From the NCBI GenBank assembly GCA_963727825.1, contig CAVSHO010000001.1:352001-416000 (forward strand): a DNA stretch of 64,000 bases. The letters are read 5' to 3'. The DNA comes from Ignavibacteriota bacterium (GTDB lineage: Bacteria; Bacteroidota; Ignavibacteria; UBA10030). Shown here piece after piece: positions 1 to 9,797 of this stretch; the stretch's first letter is position 1, and the number at the start of each line of letters is the position of its first letter. The position numbers and the translations under genes are program-made. The notes beneath the pieces were generated by a model. That model worked only from the letters and a program-made list of their open reading frames with translations, did not search any database and was not told the origin of the DNA.

Positions 1-396
1 ACCGCTTTTGCCCGCGATGTTGTGCGTGGCGTCCATCCGGAATGGGTGCGCAATTTGTATGGCTTTGCAGTTAAGCCGGATATCGGATTTTATTTTAAAG
101 TACCGATAGAAGTTTCCCTCAATCGTATTTTAACAGGCAGAGTGGAATTGAAATTTCATGAAGCCGGAATGGATATGGGCCTCAGCGAAGATCCGAAGGA
201 AAGTTTTCGGTTGTTTCAATCCAAGATACTTGAAGAATATGACAGGATCGCAGCGGAATTCGGTTTGAGTGTTATCGATGCGACCCTTTCTATTCAAAAA
301 CAACAGACAATGGTTCGCGAGATCATCAGAGAGAAGTTGAAAGATTATGAGCCCACGCCATTCCTAAGAAAGAAGGAAAATGTCTATGTTGCATAA
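1..396 (+). CDS. Thymidylate-kinase-like (dTMP kinase fold) protein, 5' truncated by the window; probable subunit of a Tmk-like polyphosphate kinase pair
   Basis: Frame is open from base 1 (TAFARDVVRGVHPEW...). Clear similarity to the next ORF (TAFARSIVRGADSQW; EAGMDMGL vs ESGMDLHL). Confidence 0.8.
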   Translation, partial: TAFARDVVRGVHPEWVRNLYGFAVKPDIGFYFKVPIEVSLNRILTGRVELKFHEAGMDMGLSEDPKESFRLFQSKILEEYDRIAAEFGLSVIDATLSIQKQQTMVREIIREKLKDYEPTPFLRKKENVYVA

Positions 397-1147
397 AAAA
401 AATGTGTTTTATGGTACCGGGCTGCCTTATGTTGATGCTCATGAAATGAAGGGAAAACTCATTGTCATTGAAGGCACAGATGGAGTAGGGCGATCAACCC
501 AAATTGAATCATTAAAGAAATGGCTCGAGGTTAAAGGATATGGAGTTGCGACAACCGGATGGACTCGCTCGCCGCTGATGGGCAATGCAATTGATGAAGC
601 GAAATCGGGCCACACACTCAACGTAAACACCTTTAGTCTATTATATGCTGCAGATTTTGCCGATCGCCTAGAGCATGAAGTGATTCCTGCATTGAAGGCA
701 GGGTTTATTGTTCTCGCAGACCGCTACATTTATACAGCGTTCGCCCGGTCGATAGTCCGTGGTGCAGACTCACAGTGGATTCGAAAAGTCTTTGGTTTTG
801 CACTTGTGCCTGACGCAGTATTTTATATGCGCGTGCAAATTGAAGATTTGATTCCCCGTGTAATCAACAGCAAGACATTGAATAGACGCTATTGGGAAGA
901 AGACTTAGGCGAAGGAATGGATTACTGGGAATCAGGTATGGATCTGCATCTCGGAGAGGATTTTTACGACAGCTTTATGGAGTACCAGAAACGTATTCTT
1001 CATGAATTTCACAAGATGTCCAAAGAATTCAGATTTCAGGTTGTGGATGCGTCACGTTCGTTTGAAGAAATCAATAGGGAATTAAAACAGGGGATATTAC
1101 TCATCCTAAATCATGAAAGATCCGAAGAAAAATCTAGCCGCAATTGA
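380..1147 (+). CDS. Second thymidylate-kinase-like protein
   Basis: GKLIVIEGTDGVGRSTQ P-loop (GRS rather than GKS/T) and Tmk DRY motif (VLADRYIYTAFAR); overlaps the upstream paralog. Confidence 0.85.
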   Translation: MSMLHKKNVFYGTGLPYVDAHEMKGKLIVIEGTDGVGRSTQIESLKKWLEVKGYGVATTGWTRSPLMGNAIDEAKSGHTLNVNTFSLLYAADFADRLEHEVIPALKAGFIVLADRYIYTAFARSIVRGADSQWIRKVFGFALVPDAVFYMRVQIEDLIPRVINSKTLNRRYWEEDLGEGMDYWESGMDLHLGEDFYDSFMEYQKRILHEFHKMSKEFRFQVVDASRSFEEINRELKQGILLILNHERSEEKSSRN

Positions 1148-2669
1148 TATCGGAACAAATTCCTTCCATCTCATTGTAGCCGAAGTCAATACTGAGACGG
1201 GGCGGTTTAAAATTCTTGGAAAAGAAAAAGAAGTTGTCCGTTTGGGGTCTGGTTCGACGGATATGAAATATCTTTCCGAGCTTGCTATGAACCGTGGTAT
1301 TGAAGTCCTAAAACGATTTCGTATTGTTGCGGATGCTTTTCAAGCAGATGTGCGGGCAATTGCCACGAGCGCTGTACGCGAAGCGATCAACAAACAGGAT
1401 TTTGTTCGCCGCGTGAAGATAGAAACCGGAATTCGGATAGAAATTGTCTCCGGTTTCGAAGAGGCACGGTTAATTTATTTAGGCGTGTTGCAGGCGCTGC
1501 CTGTGTTTCATAATAAAATACTACTTGTTGATATCGGTGGAGGCAGCACCGAGTTTCTCATCGGGGAAAAACGGTCTATTTACTTCAGCAATAGCCTAAA
1601 ACTTGGAGCAGTCCGGTTAACAGAGCGATTTTTAGAATCAGGGAACCTCAGCCGGAAAACTGTCGAAGAATGCAGAAAATATGTGCGCGGATTTCTGGTT
1701 CCGATTATTCGCGATGTAAAAAAACAACAGTTCGAGGTTTGCATCGGAACTTCTGGTACTATCAACAACCTGGCAAATATTATACGAACAAATCGTGGTG
1801 AGGCAATTGAGCTTCCATTAAACAATGTTTCTTTCTCACGGGCAGAATTACTTGAAACTGTTAAGAATATACTCACGTTTATAACGCCCATCGAAAGAAT
1901 GGAAATTGAAGGATTAGATCCCGACCGTGCTGATATTATGCCTGCCGGAGCTATCATTCTTGAACAAATTTTTCTGGCACTGGGTATAAAAATATTAACC
2001 GTTTCGGAATATTCATTACGCGAAGGAATTCTTCTCGACAGCATAGAAAAAATGCACACGAAGAAGCCGTCTGTGTATCTCCACAATCTTCGACGGAGCA
2101 GTGTTCTTCATTTGGCCGAGATTTATCATTATGAAAAAAAACATGCGCATCACGTGAACGCCTTGGCGTTGCAACTGTTCGATCAGACCAAATATCTCCA
2201 TAAACTCAATGGACAGGCGCGTGAATATCTTGAAGCAGCGGCAATTCTCCATGAAGTAGGATCATTCGTTTCGCATACACAGCATCACCGGCATTCCTAT
2301 TACCTGATTAGGAACGCAGAACTGTTTGGCTATACAGAAAACGAGAAAGAAATTATCGCGAATGTTGCACGCTATCATCGTAAGAGCCATCCTAAGATAA
2401 AACATGAGGGATACAATCTTCTTTCAAACGAAGATAAGATATTAGTATCTAAACTTGCCTCCCTTTTGCGTATTGCTGATGGTCTCGACCGTTCGCATGC
2501 CTCACGAATCCAACAATTGAAGGTACGCAAGATTAGTCGAAAACTTCGTGTCCGGGTTTATCATGCATCAAAAGTCAAGCCGGATTTAGAATTGTGGGGT
2601 GCGAACCGGAAGAAGCAATTGTTTGAAATTGTTTTTCGAAAAAGAATTGAATTTGTAGCAGTATCTTAA
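1113..2669 (+). CDS. ppx: Exopolyphosphatase Ppx/GppA with C-terminal HD domain
   Basis: AAIDIGTNSFHL, ATSAVREA, EEARLIYLG, DIGGGSTE, LREG, and HD-region LHEVG / ARYHRKS / LRIADGLD. Confidence 0.93.
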   Translation: MKDPKKNLAAIDIGTNSFHLIVAEVNTETGRFKILGKEKEVVRLGSGSTDMKYLSELAMNRGIEVLKRFRIVADAFQADVRAIATSAVREAINKQDFVRRVKIETGIRIEIVSGFEEARLIYLGVLQALPVFHNKILLVDIGGGSTEFLIGEKRSIYFSNSLKLGAVRLTERFLESGNLSRKTVEECRKYVRGFLVPIIRDVKKQQFEVCIGTSGTINNLANIIRTNRGEAIELPLNNVSFSRAELLETVKNILTFITPIERMEIEGLDPDRADIMPAGAIILEQIFLALGIKILTVSEYSLREGILLDSIEKMHTKKPSVYLHNLRRSSVLHLAEIYHYEKKHAHHVNALALQLFDQTKYLHKLNGQAREYLEAAAILHEVGSFVSHTQHHRHSYYLIRNAELFGYTENEKEIIANVARYHRKSHPKIKHEGYNLLSNEDKILVSKLASLLRIADGLDRSHASRIQQLKVRKISRKLRVRVYHASKVKPDLELWGANRKKQLFEIVFRKRIEFVAVS

Positions 2670-2807
2670 ATGAAATGCAATTGTGTTAGGTACATTTTGA
2701 AATATTTATTGGACTCTGTAAATATCTGTGTTGTAGCTGTGAACCTGTCTGTTAGATTGTATCCTGAAACTTCAATTACCTGACAAACAACTTGATTGTA
2801 CACTTCT

Positions 2808-3299
2808 CTATGAAATAGATTGCAAGAAGCGCTGTCTAAACTGCTCCTCTTCCCATTGGGAAAATTTCTTACAGAGAGAAAGAAAGTTTTCATGCCGTTC
2901 CTTTTCAAACCTTTGTATTAAAATGCGGAGCCCTGTTGTCGGTATCTTCAGTGCACGATCATTGATGCCTGCATTGAAATGGCGAACTTGCCGGACATGT
3001 TGTCTGAGGATTGGAAGATTGATATCGAGATCATGTATACGGCCTAAGATACCGAGGATCTGTTTGACGGAATTGAGGCAATCCTCAAATTGTGAACCAT
3101 ACGCCGGCAGATACATTTCCATCGCATATCGCACTCGCTTTCCACGCAAACGCAGAGCATGAAGGGTTTCCTGATGATGTTCGTTCAAGATCACAGGATC
3201 GATTCTTGTCAAGAAGGAATCTAATATGGGTGGGAGAATCTCACGGCCGTTGCTGCGTAATGTCAATTTATTCTTCGAGGAGGTGGCTCTCTTTTTCAT
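2808..3299 (-). CDS. CHAD-domain protein, half resembling the second (C-terminal) helical bundle
   Basis: LHALRLRGKRVRYAME and LGRIHDLDI motifs. ATG at 3299 overlaps the upstream TGA (ATGA), with GGGGA just upstream. Confidence 0.8.
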   Translation of the reverse strand: MKKRATSSKNKLTLRSNGREILPPILDSFLTRIDPVILNEHHQETLHALRLRGKRVRYAMEMYLPAYGSQFEDCLNSVKQILGILGRIHDLDINLPILRQHVRQVRHFNAGINDRALKIPTTGLRILIQRFEKERHENFLSLCKKFSQWEEEQFRQRFLQSIS

Positions 3300-3772
3300 C
3301 GAAGGGATCCCCAAATGAATTCTTCGAACCGCCGCTTAAACCCGGTGCGTATGAGTTTTCGGATTTCTGCTTTCATGACTTTACGGTGTAACTCGCGTAT
3401 AGTTCGCTCCTGTGCCACAAGCCATTGTAAAGCAATCTTATCTTTGGTTGGGATGTCTTTGATAAGATTTTCCAATTCTTCTTGCAAAACATCGATTTCC
3501 CGTACCGGTCCAAAAGCATTAATAAGTTTCTCAATCTCTTCTAACTGATAACGCAATTGTTTTTTAGGAAAGAAATTTTTATGAATCTTCAATGTAGCAC
3601 GAAGGCGACGGGCTGAAACTCGCATGTTATGGAGCGCCTCTGGATCAGTCCCTTTAACTGTCTCAGATTCGTATGAAAGCATTTCCTGCATCCATCCTAG
3701 TAGCGTTCTTCGAAGCGAAACTTTGAGTGGTTCGTTCGGATCAAGATCAACAATTTCCAATGGTCTTGCCAT
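3296..3772 (-). CDS. CHAD-domain protein, half resembling the first (N-terminal) helical bundle
   Basis: DPEALHNMRVSARRLRATL and FGPVREIDV motifs; ATG at 3772 (MARPLEIVDLDP). Confidence 0.85.
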   Translation of the reverse strand: MARPLEIVDLDPNEPLKVSLRRTLLGWMQEMLSYESETVKGTDPEALHNMRVSARRLRATLKIHKNFFPKKQLRYQLEEIEKLINAFGPVREIDVLQEELENLIKDIPTKDKIALQWLVAQERTIRELHRKVMKAEIRKLIRTGFKRRFEEFIWGSLR

Positions 3773-3974
3773 AACAAGAGTAATGTAGATAAAAGATTGC
3801 AAAAGATAAAATGGAGAACTGGTCAAGTCACAAAATCAAAGAACTCATGTACGATGAAATCAAATTTGATAAATGAATACAATGTATTTATCTTGTGAAG
3901 TATTAAGTTGGACTATCGTTAGCATTAATTAACAAGGACAGTTTTTACATGAAGAACGGGAGAAGAGAACAACA

Positions 3975-4346
3975 ATGACAAACAAAGTTGAAATCAAATG
4001 GTTGCGCGAGCCAGAAGAACATGACTATCCAGCAGCACTGGCCTACTTGTCTTTGATTGAGGATGAAAAGAAAGCCACAGAACTTGTCAATAAATTGAAA
4101 AGAGCATCGATTTCAGAATTTAAGGCCAAAGATATTTTTAGAGCGTCAGATTTATCCTTATTAGGGATTGGTAATTCTCATATTATAAAAGATCAACATA
4201 AAATAAAATCGGGTCATGAACTATCGCCTCTCCTCCTTGTAAGAGATCCGGATAATGCAAAAGTTATTATTGCAGATGGATATCATCGATTATGTGCGGT
4301 TTACTCTTTCGATGAAGATGCCGTCATTCCTTGTAAAATTGTGTAA
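3975..4346 (+). CDS. Small stand-alone ParB/sulfiredoxin N-terminal-fold protein
   Basis: SPLLLVRD...VIIADGYHRLCA matches the ParB/Srx DG.HR motif; 123 aa with no HTH. Confidence 0.7.
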   Translation: MTNKVEIKWLREPEEHDYPAALAYLSLIEDEKKATELVNKLKRASISEFKAKDIFRASDLSLLGIGNSHIIKDQHKIKSGHELSPLLLVRDPDNAKVIIADGYHRLCAVYSFDEDAVIPCKIV

Positions 4347-4423
4347 ATGCATACACTTTTCTTGTGCATCGAAAATGATCTTATCATTCTTTGTTTTAAA
4401 ATCATTAGCTTGGAGCCACCTTT

Positions 4424-4870
4424 ATGAACTGGTCGCTTTTTCTTCCTTCGGTGTCCGATGACTACGAAGGCTCTCCCATTGCCTTCTATTTCTTGGTGCT
4501 GGTCGCTATCGTTAGTACGATCCGCAGTTTTATTCATATATTTGCCATTGACGGTGGGGCAAACTCCATTGCGGGCATAGCGATCAATTTGGCTGGCGGT
4601 TCCAACATTGTTGCGATTTTTGGACAATGGGGTGCAAGCCAACTTCTCCTTGCTCTCTTCTACTGGTTGGCGATTATACGTTATCGGTTTCTAGTTCCTT
4701 GGATGCTGGCAATTGTTTTCCTCGAACAAGTTTTACGAATTGGAGTTGGTCATCTTAAACCCATCGAAGTATCCACATTGCCCCCCGGAGCGATTGGAAG
4801 TTACATCCTTTTGCCTCTATCATTAATTGCTTTAATATTATCCTTGGTGCAGAAGTCTAAAGCTGGATAA
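4424..4870 (+). CDS. Hypothetical integral membrane protein (about 4 TM)
   Basis: 148-aa ORF with four hydrophobic segments; GGAG upstream of ATG. Confidence 0.7.
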   Translation: MNWSLFLPSVSDDYEGSPIAFYFLVLVAIVSTIRSFIHIFAIDGGANSIAGIAINLAGGSNIVAIFGQWGASQLLLALFYWLAIIRYRFLVPWMLAIVFLEQVLRIGVGHLKPIEVSTLPPGAIGSYILLPLSLIALILSLVQKSKAG

Positions 4871-5060
4871 TCGATGCCTCTCTGTCTGCTAAAAGAGTGT
4901 AATGAATTTATTTAATTGCGTTGCACAAAAAACAGTCGCACTCCTAATGTGACAAGCAAGCAACCTGGATCAAAATATTTTCCATCTCTGCTAAAGCCAC
5001 TTATTCCCTTAAATTATATTGCAAGACATTGTCATAGACAATGAGGATCATAAAAATCAG

Positions 5061-5132
5061 TTTACATTCCCATGATAACTTCTATACAAAAACATGATAA
5101 TCTGACCACATATTTGATACGCCGTCATAATA
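5061..5132 (+). promoter_or_regulatory. Pho-box-like array of seven hexamers at 11-bp spacing, upstream of the TonB receptor operon
   Basis: TTTACA 5061, ATGATA 5072, TATACA 5083, ATGATA 5094, ACCACA 5105, GATACG 5116, ATAATA 5127. Adjacent palindrome CATTGTC-ata-GACAATG at 5027-5043. Confidence 0.55.
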
Positions 5133-5339
5133 ATTAAAAAACATACCGCAAGTATATTGTATCCGTATTTTTTCGACTCCTATTATTTAAATATAGAGGT
5201 GGATTACGTTATCTCACAAATTTTTTCCGTGTGAATTCTTGGTATTTAGCCGCAGTCAATCACACAATAAAATTTCCGGCAGCCGCATTTGGTCAGCTTT
5301 CTTTGATTTAAACACCGTGCTCATTTAACTCATACGAAT

Positions 5340-8129
5340 ATGGATTTACAAATTATGGTTCGTCTGAATGCTGCAATTATTTTTACTGCGCTCTGCGTTG
5401 TCAGCTTGTATGCCGGCTCGATTCGCGGTACTGTACGTGACAAAGGAACGAACGAGCCTATCGTAGGAGCAAATGTCTCGTTACTGGGAACAGGCATGGG
5501 AGCAGTGACGAATGCTTCGGGTGAATTCTTCGTATCCATGTTTAAAAGGACGTACACTATTCGAGTGAGCATGCTGGGGTATGAACAGTATGAGAGCAAG
5601 GTTGTTCTTCCGGAGGATACTGCGGAAGTAGTGCTTGAAATTTATCTTAAGGAAAGTCCCATTGGTGTCGGCGAAGTTGTGGTTCGGGCGCGCGCAAATA
5701 GAGAACTCGAGGCCGCTGGCATTCGTACGGAGTTTGAGTCGAATAACATCATCAATGTAATTACCGCTCAAACGATCGAGCGCTCAACAGATCGGACTGC
5801 AACAGAAGTGCTTCAGCGTGTCTCAGGTCTCTCGATCATTAAACAGAATGGAGAAGGTCACGCCGTCGTTATGCGTGGATTAACCCAGCAATATAATAAC
5901 ACACTTGTGGACGGCATTAAAATTCCAAGTCCGGAATCAAAAGACAGATTTATTCCTCTCGATATCTTTCCATCGTCCTTATTCGAACGGATCGATGTCA
6001 CAAAATCGCTAACAGCTGACCTTCCCGGTGATGCAATAGGGGGAACAACGGATCTCGTCATCCGACGTGCACCTGAATCCTTTATTCTCCAAGTGAGCGC
6101 TGCAACGGGCTATAATTCTTCAGTACAGAATAATCCCTTTATGACATTTGATGCGAGTACAGTCCAGGAGCTTGATCCAGATCGGCTTCATCACATCGTT
6201 GATCAGGAAAATCCAACTGCCTTTACCAAAGATGCATATGGGCGTTTAACAGTGTCACCATCTGATTTCTCAGTCAACAATCTCAAGTTTACATATAAGA
6301 ATAGTCCAATAGATGGTTTGTATTCTCTCGTCGTAGGTGACCGCTTTCTCGATTCACGAATCGGCATCATAGCCTCCGGTGGCTATCAAAACACGTTCAA
6401 TCGGTCACAAACAGATGTTTATAGTATTGATGGTGGAAATATAAATAATAGTTGGAATGCGACCGATGCATCAGTTGACGACCAGACATATTATACACAT
6501 AAAATGCGAAGCGGAGCAACTGTCAAAGCCGACTTTATTATGGCTATCGATCAGCAATTTTCAGTGACATTCATTTACAATAATCAAACGACGGAATTGA
6601 CGAGGAATGGCATTTCAACAACCCTTAACGGTACTGTTGGTGCCGCGACCATTATTGGTACCTATCGTTCTGCACTTCAAAAACAGACTATAGCAAATTA
6701 TTCCATCTCAGGCGATAATTTTACGTCATCACCCATCTCTGTGCACTGGATAGCAAATTATTCCGATGCACAACAGGATCGTCCGGATGATGCTGAATAT
6801 TCCTTGTTGAATCACCCTGATAGAAATGGGAATATCCCAACTGTGTGGGGCACTGGCAATGTTACTCATTCCTGGCGATGGAATGATGACCGTCAGTACC
6901 TTGTCAATGTGGATTTTACGTACAAATTAACCTCAGACGAAACAAATGTTATCCATACAGGCGGAGGTTATACAGGACTTAAACGTGCAAATTTCGAAAA
7001 TGATTTTACATTAGTCCCCGCGCTTGATCCTACTACCGGACGGACGCCACCCTTCACTGTAATTGATAGCATGAAATTTGTCCCTAATGCAGCGATCGTC
7101 GGAAATCCAGTGTTTAATTATCAGAATTACAAAGCACAGGAAGCACTGTTATCAGGGTATTTTGAATACACATTAAACACCGGCGCTTTTCAGGCACTTG
7201 CAGGTATTCGATGGGAACAAGCAACGGACCAGTTCTGGACCGCTGCTCCCATTAGTGATAGATATAATTCGGACACGGTAAAATTCATAGACTTATTGCC
7301 AAGTGCGCACATTCGCTATGCATTCAGCTCAGAACATATTATGCGCCTTTCTGTCACAAAAACTATGAGTCGGCCAAGTTATTTTGATCTTGTTCCTGCT
7401 CAAGACGTGGGAGACGTTAATGTAAACAAAGGGAACCCTGACCTGAAGGCCGCACACTCAACCAATGTTGACCTGCAATATGAGTATGTCACTTCTACTA
7501 CCGATCAGTTCTCTATTACTTTTTACAAAAAACACATTACCGATGCAATCCAGAAAAGCGTATCCGGTTCCACGGTAACATCTACAACCATGACCAATGG
7601 CCCTCCGGCGGATGTCTATGGAGCTGAAATTTCTGTTCTTGTGCACATCGGGAATTTTGGCATCTCCGGAAATTATGCTCAAGCCTATTCACGTACAACC
7701 GATCAGGTCACTATCGTAACGATCGGGACCGATATGTGGGGCGAAATTGGACCTGTTAACACGTACGTCACACGAACTCGTCCGCTTCAAGATCAGTCCC
7801 CGGTTCTCGCAAATGCAACTCTCTCTTATGGGAATAAGCTATGGGGCACCGGCATGCAGGTTTCATACAATTACACCGGCAGACGGCTCGTTGGCGTCGG
7901 TAGCCAGGACGGATTAGATGTCTATGAAAATGGCGTTGGAGATATGGATTTCTCTGCAGATCAGATCATACTACCGGGCCTTAAGCTTTCAGTGAAGCTC
8001 TCTAATATTTTAAATTCTGTCGTTGTGCGAGAAGCTCCATCCGGTGCATGGATGATCCATGTGCCCCTCCTTGTTGAACAGGATTATAATAAATTCCGCG
8101 GTACTATCGGGATCAGTTTTCTTTTATAA
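5340..8129 (+). CDS. TonB-dependent outer-membrane receptor with N-terminal carboxypeptidase-regulatory-like domain
   Basis: Signal peptide; GSIRGTVRDKGTNEPIVGANV; plug (EVLQRVSGLS, MRG, DAIGG); GNPDLKA; amphipathic C-terminal strand. Confidence 0.92.
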   Translation: MDLQIMVRLNAAIIFTALCVVSLYAGSIRGTVRDKGTNEPIVGANVSLLGTGMGAVTNASGEFFVSMFKRTYTIRVSMLGYEQYESKVVLPEDTAEVVLEIYLKESPIGVGEVVVRARANRELEAAGIRTEFESNNIINVITAQTIERSTDRTATEVLQRVSGLSIIKQNGEGHAVVMRGLTQQYNNTLVDGIKIPSPESKDRFIPLDIFPSSLFERIDVTKSLTADLPGDAIGGTTDLVIRRAPESFILQVSAATGYNSSVQNNPFMTFDASTVQELDPDRLHHIVDQENPTAFTKDAYGRLTVSPSDFSVNNLKFTYKNSPIDGLYSLVVGDRFLDSRIGIIASGGYQNTFNRSQTDVYSIDGGNINNSWNATDASVDDQTYYTHKMRSGATVKADFIMAIDQQFSVTFIYNNQTTELTRNGISTTLNGTVGAATIIGTYRSALQKQTIANYSISGDNFTSSPISVHWIANYSDAQQDRPDDAEYSLLNHPDRNGNIPTVWGTGNVTHSWRWNDDRQYLVNVDFTYKLTSDETNVIHTGGGYTGLKRANFENDFTLVPALDPTTGRTPPFTVIDSMKFVPNAAIVGNPVFNYQNYKAQEALLSGYFEYTLNTGAFQALAGIRWEQATDQFWTAAPISDRYNSDTVKFIDLLPSAHIRYAFSSEHIMRLSVTKTMSRPSYFDLVPAQDVGDVNVNKGNPDLKAAHSTNVDLQYEYVTSTTDQFSITFYKKHITDAIQKSVSGSTVTSTTMTNGPPADVYGAEISVLVHIGNFGISGNYAQAYSRTTDQVTIVTIGTDMWGEIGPVNTYVTRTRPLQDQSPVLANATLSYGNKLWGTGMQVSYNYTGRRLVGVGSQDGLDVYENGVGDMDFSADQIILPGLKLSVKLSNILNSVVVREAPSGAWMIHVPLLVEQDYNKFRGTIGISFLL

Positions 8130-8224
8130 ATCACGAACACCAAGCATAAATTAACAAAAGAAAAATCATGAAAGTATTATTAAACCAATCTCATCCAACA
8201 TATCAATTTTCTACAGGAGGATTT

Positions 8225-9673
8225 ATGCGTACCTTGCTTGTACTAATTCTGCTTACATGTTGTTCCGCTTTACAGGCACAGACAATCTCGTCTGGACCAT
8301 TATCAGGCCATATTAGAGGAACGACGCTTCCTAATAAATCTTATGTCATTACAGATTCTATTGTTGTTGATGCAGTTGACTCCCTTCGGATCAGCGCTGG
8401 TGATACACTGATCATGCAAAGTGTAAACGGTGCGATGTTCGCTTTCGGGAATTTTTATTGTGAAGGCACATCCACAAGTCCCATTGTCATCACTGTTCCG
8501 GCTGCACGTCGCACGCTTGGCCCCGGTCAATGGGGCGGAATAGTGATAGATTCACCTAATGTCTTCAGTATGAAGTTCACTCATATTTACTGGGCAGGAG
8601 GATCGGATCTTACTGGTCATGCATATCGGACGGTCAATATTGTCTCGGGCTATTTGCACAACACGGTAACGACATTCACGGATAACTGGATCACTGGCAC
8701 GGTTGATGATGCCATCGGAATCACCGGCGGTAAAGTCAGCCTTCTGCGAAACGTTTGCAAATGGTGCGGTTCACCGGATGGCGATAATCTCAATATTAAA
8801 AGTGGTGTATGGGGTGAAATCGCGTACAACGTCATCTGGGGACCAGGCGGAAATGGTATTAAGGTCAATGCCAGTTCCAAAACACGTATAACAAATGTGT
8901 GCATTCATAACAATACGATCACTGCCGGCGGCTGGCGCCGTCTTGGAGAACCTGGCTATTGCATTCTTTTGGATGCAAGTGCCCGTGCGGAAATTTATAA
9001 CAACGTATTCGGCGATTGCTATAATGATCTCGAAATCACAACAGCAGCGGATACCGTAAACACAGTGTACGATAATAATTTCTATTTTGGCTCTGTTGAC
9101 AGCTTGAACAAAGCGAATATTTTTTGGGCGCCGGATGGCGTTGCGCGTAAACAAGCGCATGATAAATTTATGGCCGGTAATGCAACTGGGTCTCCGTTTG
9201 TGAAGTTTAATGATTACTTCACTAATACTTGGGCTGCTCTCGATGCTGATAATAATTATCTGTTGAGTGCAACCTATAAGAACCTGGGATTCACGCCCCC
9301 CAGTAGTTGGACGAATCCCGGGATAACCGGCACCCTTCCTGGCGATGCCAATGTCGGAGCACTTGGTGCATCCACAACCGGTGTCAACAATAGCTTGACG
9401 AACGAACCAACGGGTTTTGCACTTAAACAGAATTATCCGAATCCCTTCAACCCATCGACGACAATCGGATACGCTCTTCCGCACGATGGCTTGGTTACAT
9501 TGACTGTCTTTAATCTTCTCGGACAATCTGTTCGTATACTAGTCAACGGTGTGCAGGCAGCAGGCGCTCACGCTGTTCGATTTGATGCATCGACTCTGCC
9601 CTCAGGAGTATATCTGTACAAGCTCCAATCTGGCGGAATGAGCAATGTCGGTCGTATGATGCTTTTGAAGTAA
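8225..9673 (+). CDS. Secreted right-handed beta-helix protein with T9SS type A C-terminal sorting domain
   Basis: AGGAGG before ATG 8225; signal peptide; GQWGGI and DDAI motifs with Asn-rich repeats; C-terminal FALKQNYPNPFNPSTTI...SGVYLYKL...MLLK. Confidence 0.85.
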   Translation: MRTLLVLILLTCCSALQAQTISSGPLSGHIRGTTLPNKSYVITDSIVVDAVDSLRISAGDTLIMQSVNGAMFAFGNFYCEGTSTSPIVITVPAARRTLGPGQWGGIVIDSPNVFSMKFTHIYWAGGSDLTGHAYRTVNIVSGYLHNTVTTFTDNWITGTVDDAIGITGGKVSLLRNVCKWCGSPDGDNLNIKSGVWGEIAYNVIWGPGGNGIKVNASSKTRITNVCIHNNTITAGGWRRLGEPGYCILLDASARAEIYNNVFGDCYNDLEITTAADTVNTVYDNNFYFGSVDSLNKANIFWAPDGVARKQAHDKFMAGNATGSPFVKFNDYFTNTWAALDADNNYLLSATYKNLGFTPPSSWTNPGITGTLPGDANVGALGASTTGVNNSLTNEPTGFALKQNYPNPFNPSTTIGYALPHDGLVTLTVFNLLGQSVRILVNGVQAAGAHAVRFDASTLPSGVYLYKLQSGGMSNVGRMMLLK

Positions 9674-9720
9674 ATGAAAAGTAGAAAATTGGTTTGCTAT
9701 TTTATATAGGTATATAGGGA

Positions 9721-9756
9721 GAACGGCGGTACAGCCTAAGGGACGTGCCGCCGTTC
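9721..9756 (+). terminator. GC-rich stem-loop between the beta-helix gene and the phosphatase gene (weak terminator or mRNA-stabilising hairpin)
   Basis: GAACGGCGGTAC...GTGCCGCCGTTC inverted repeat; no clear U tract. Confidence 0.45.
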
Positions 9757-9797
9757 ACTGAATCAATCCATTTAATTATTACGATAAGGACTAAGTT

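Noticed and set aside
2716-2763. CTGT repeats resembling an E. coli-type Pho box
   Set aside because: Spacing is irregular (10, 11, 12 bp) and the site lies between convergent gene ends.
8771-9526. Long antisense ORF (251 aa), and similar ones at 39346-39975, 45040-45579, 1580-2086 and 60967-63612
   Set aside because: Shadow frames opposite well-supported genes, with no recognisable motifs or RBS.
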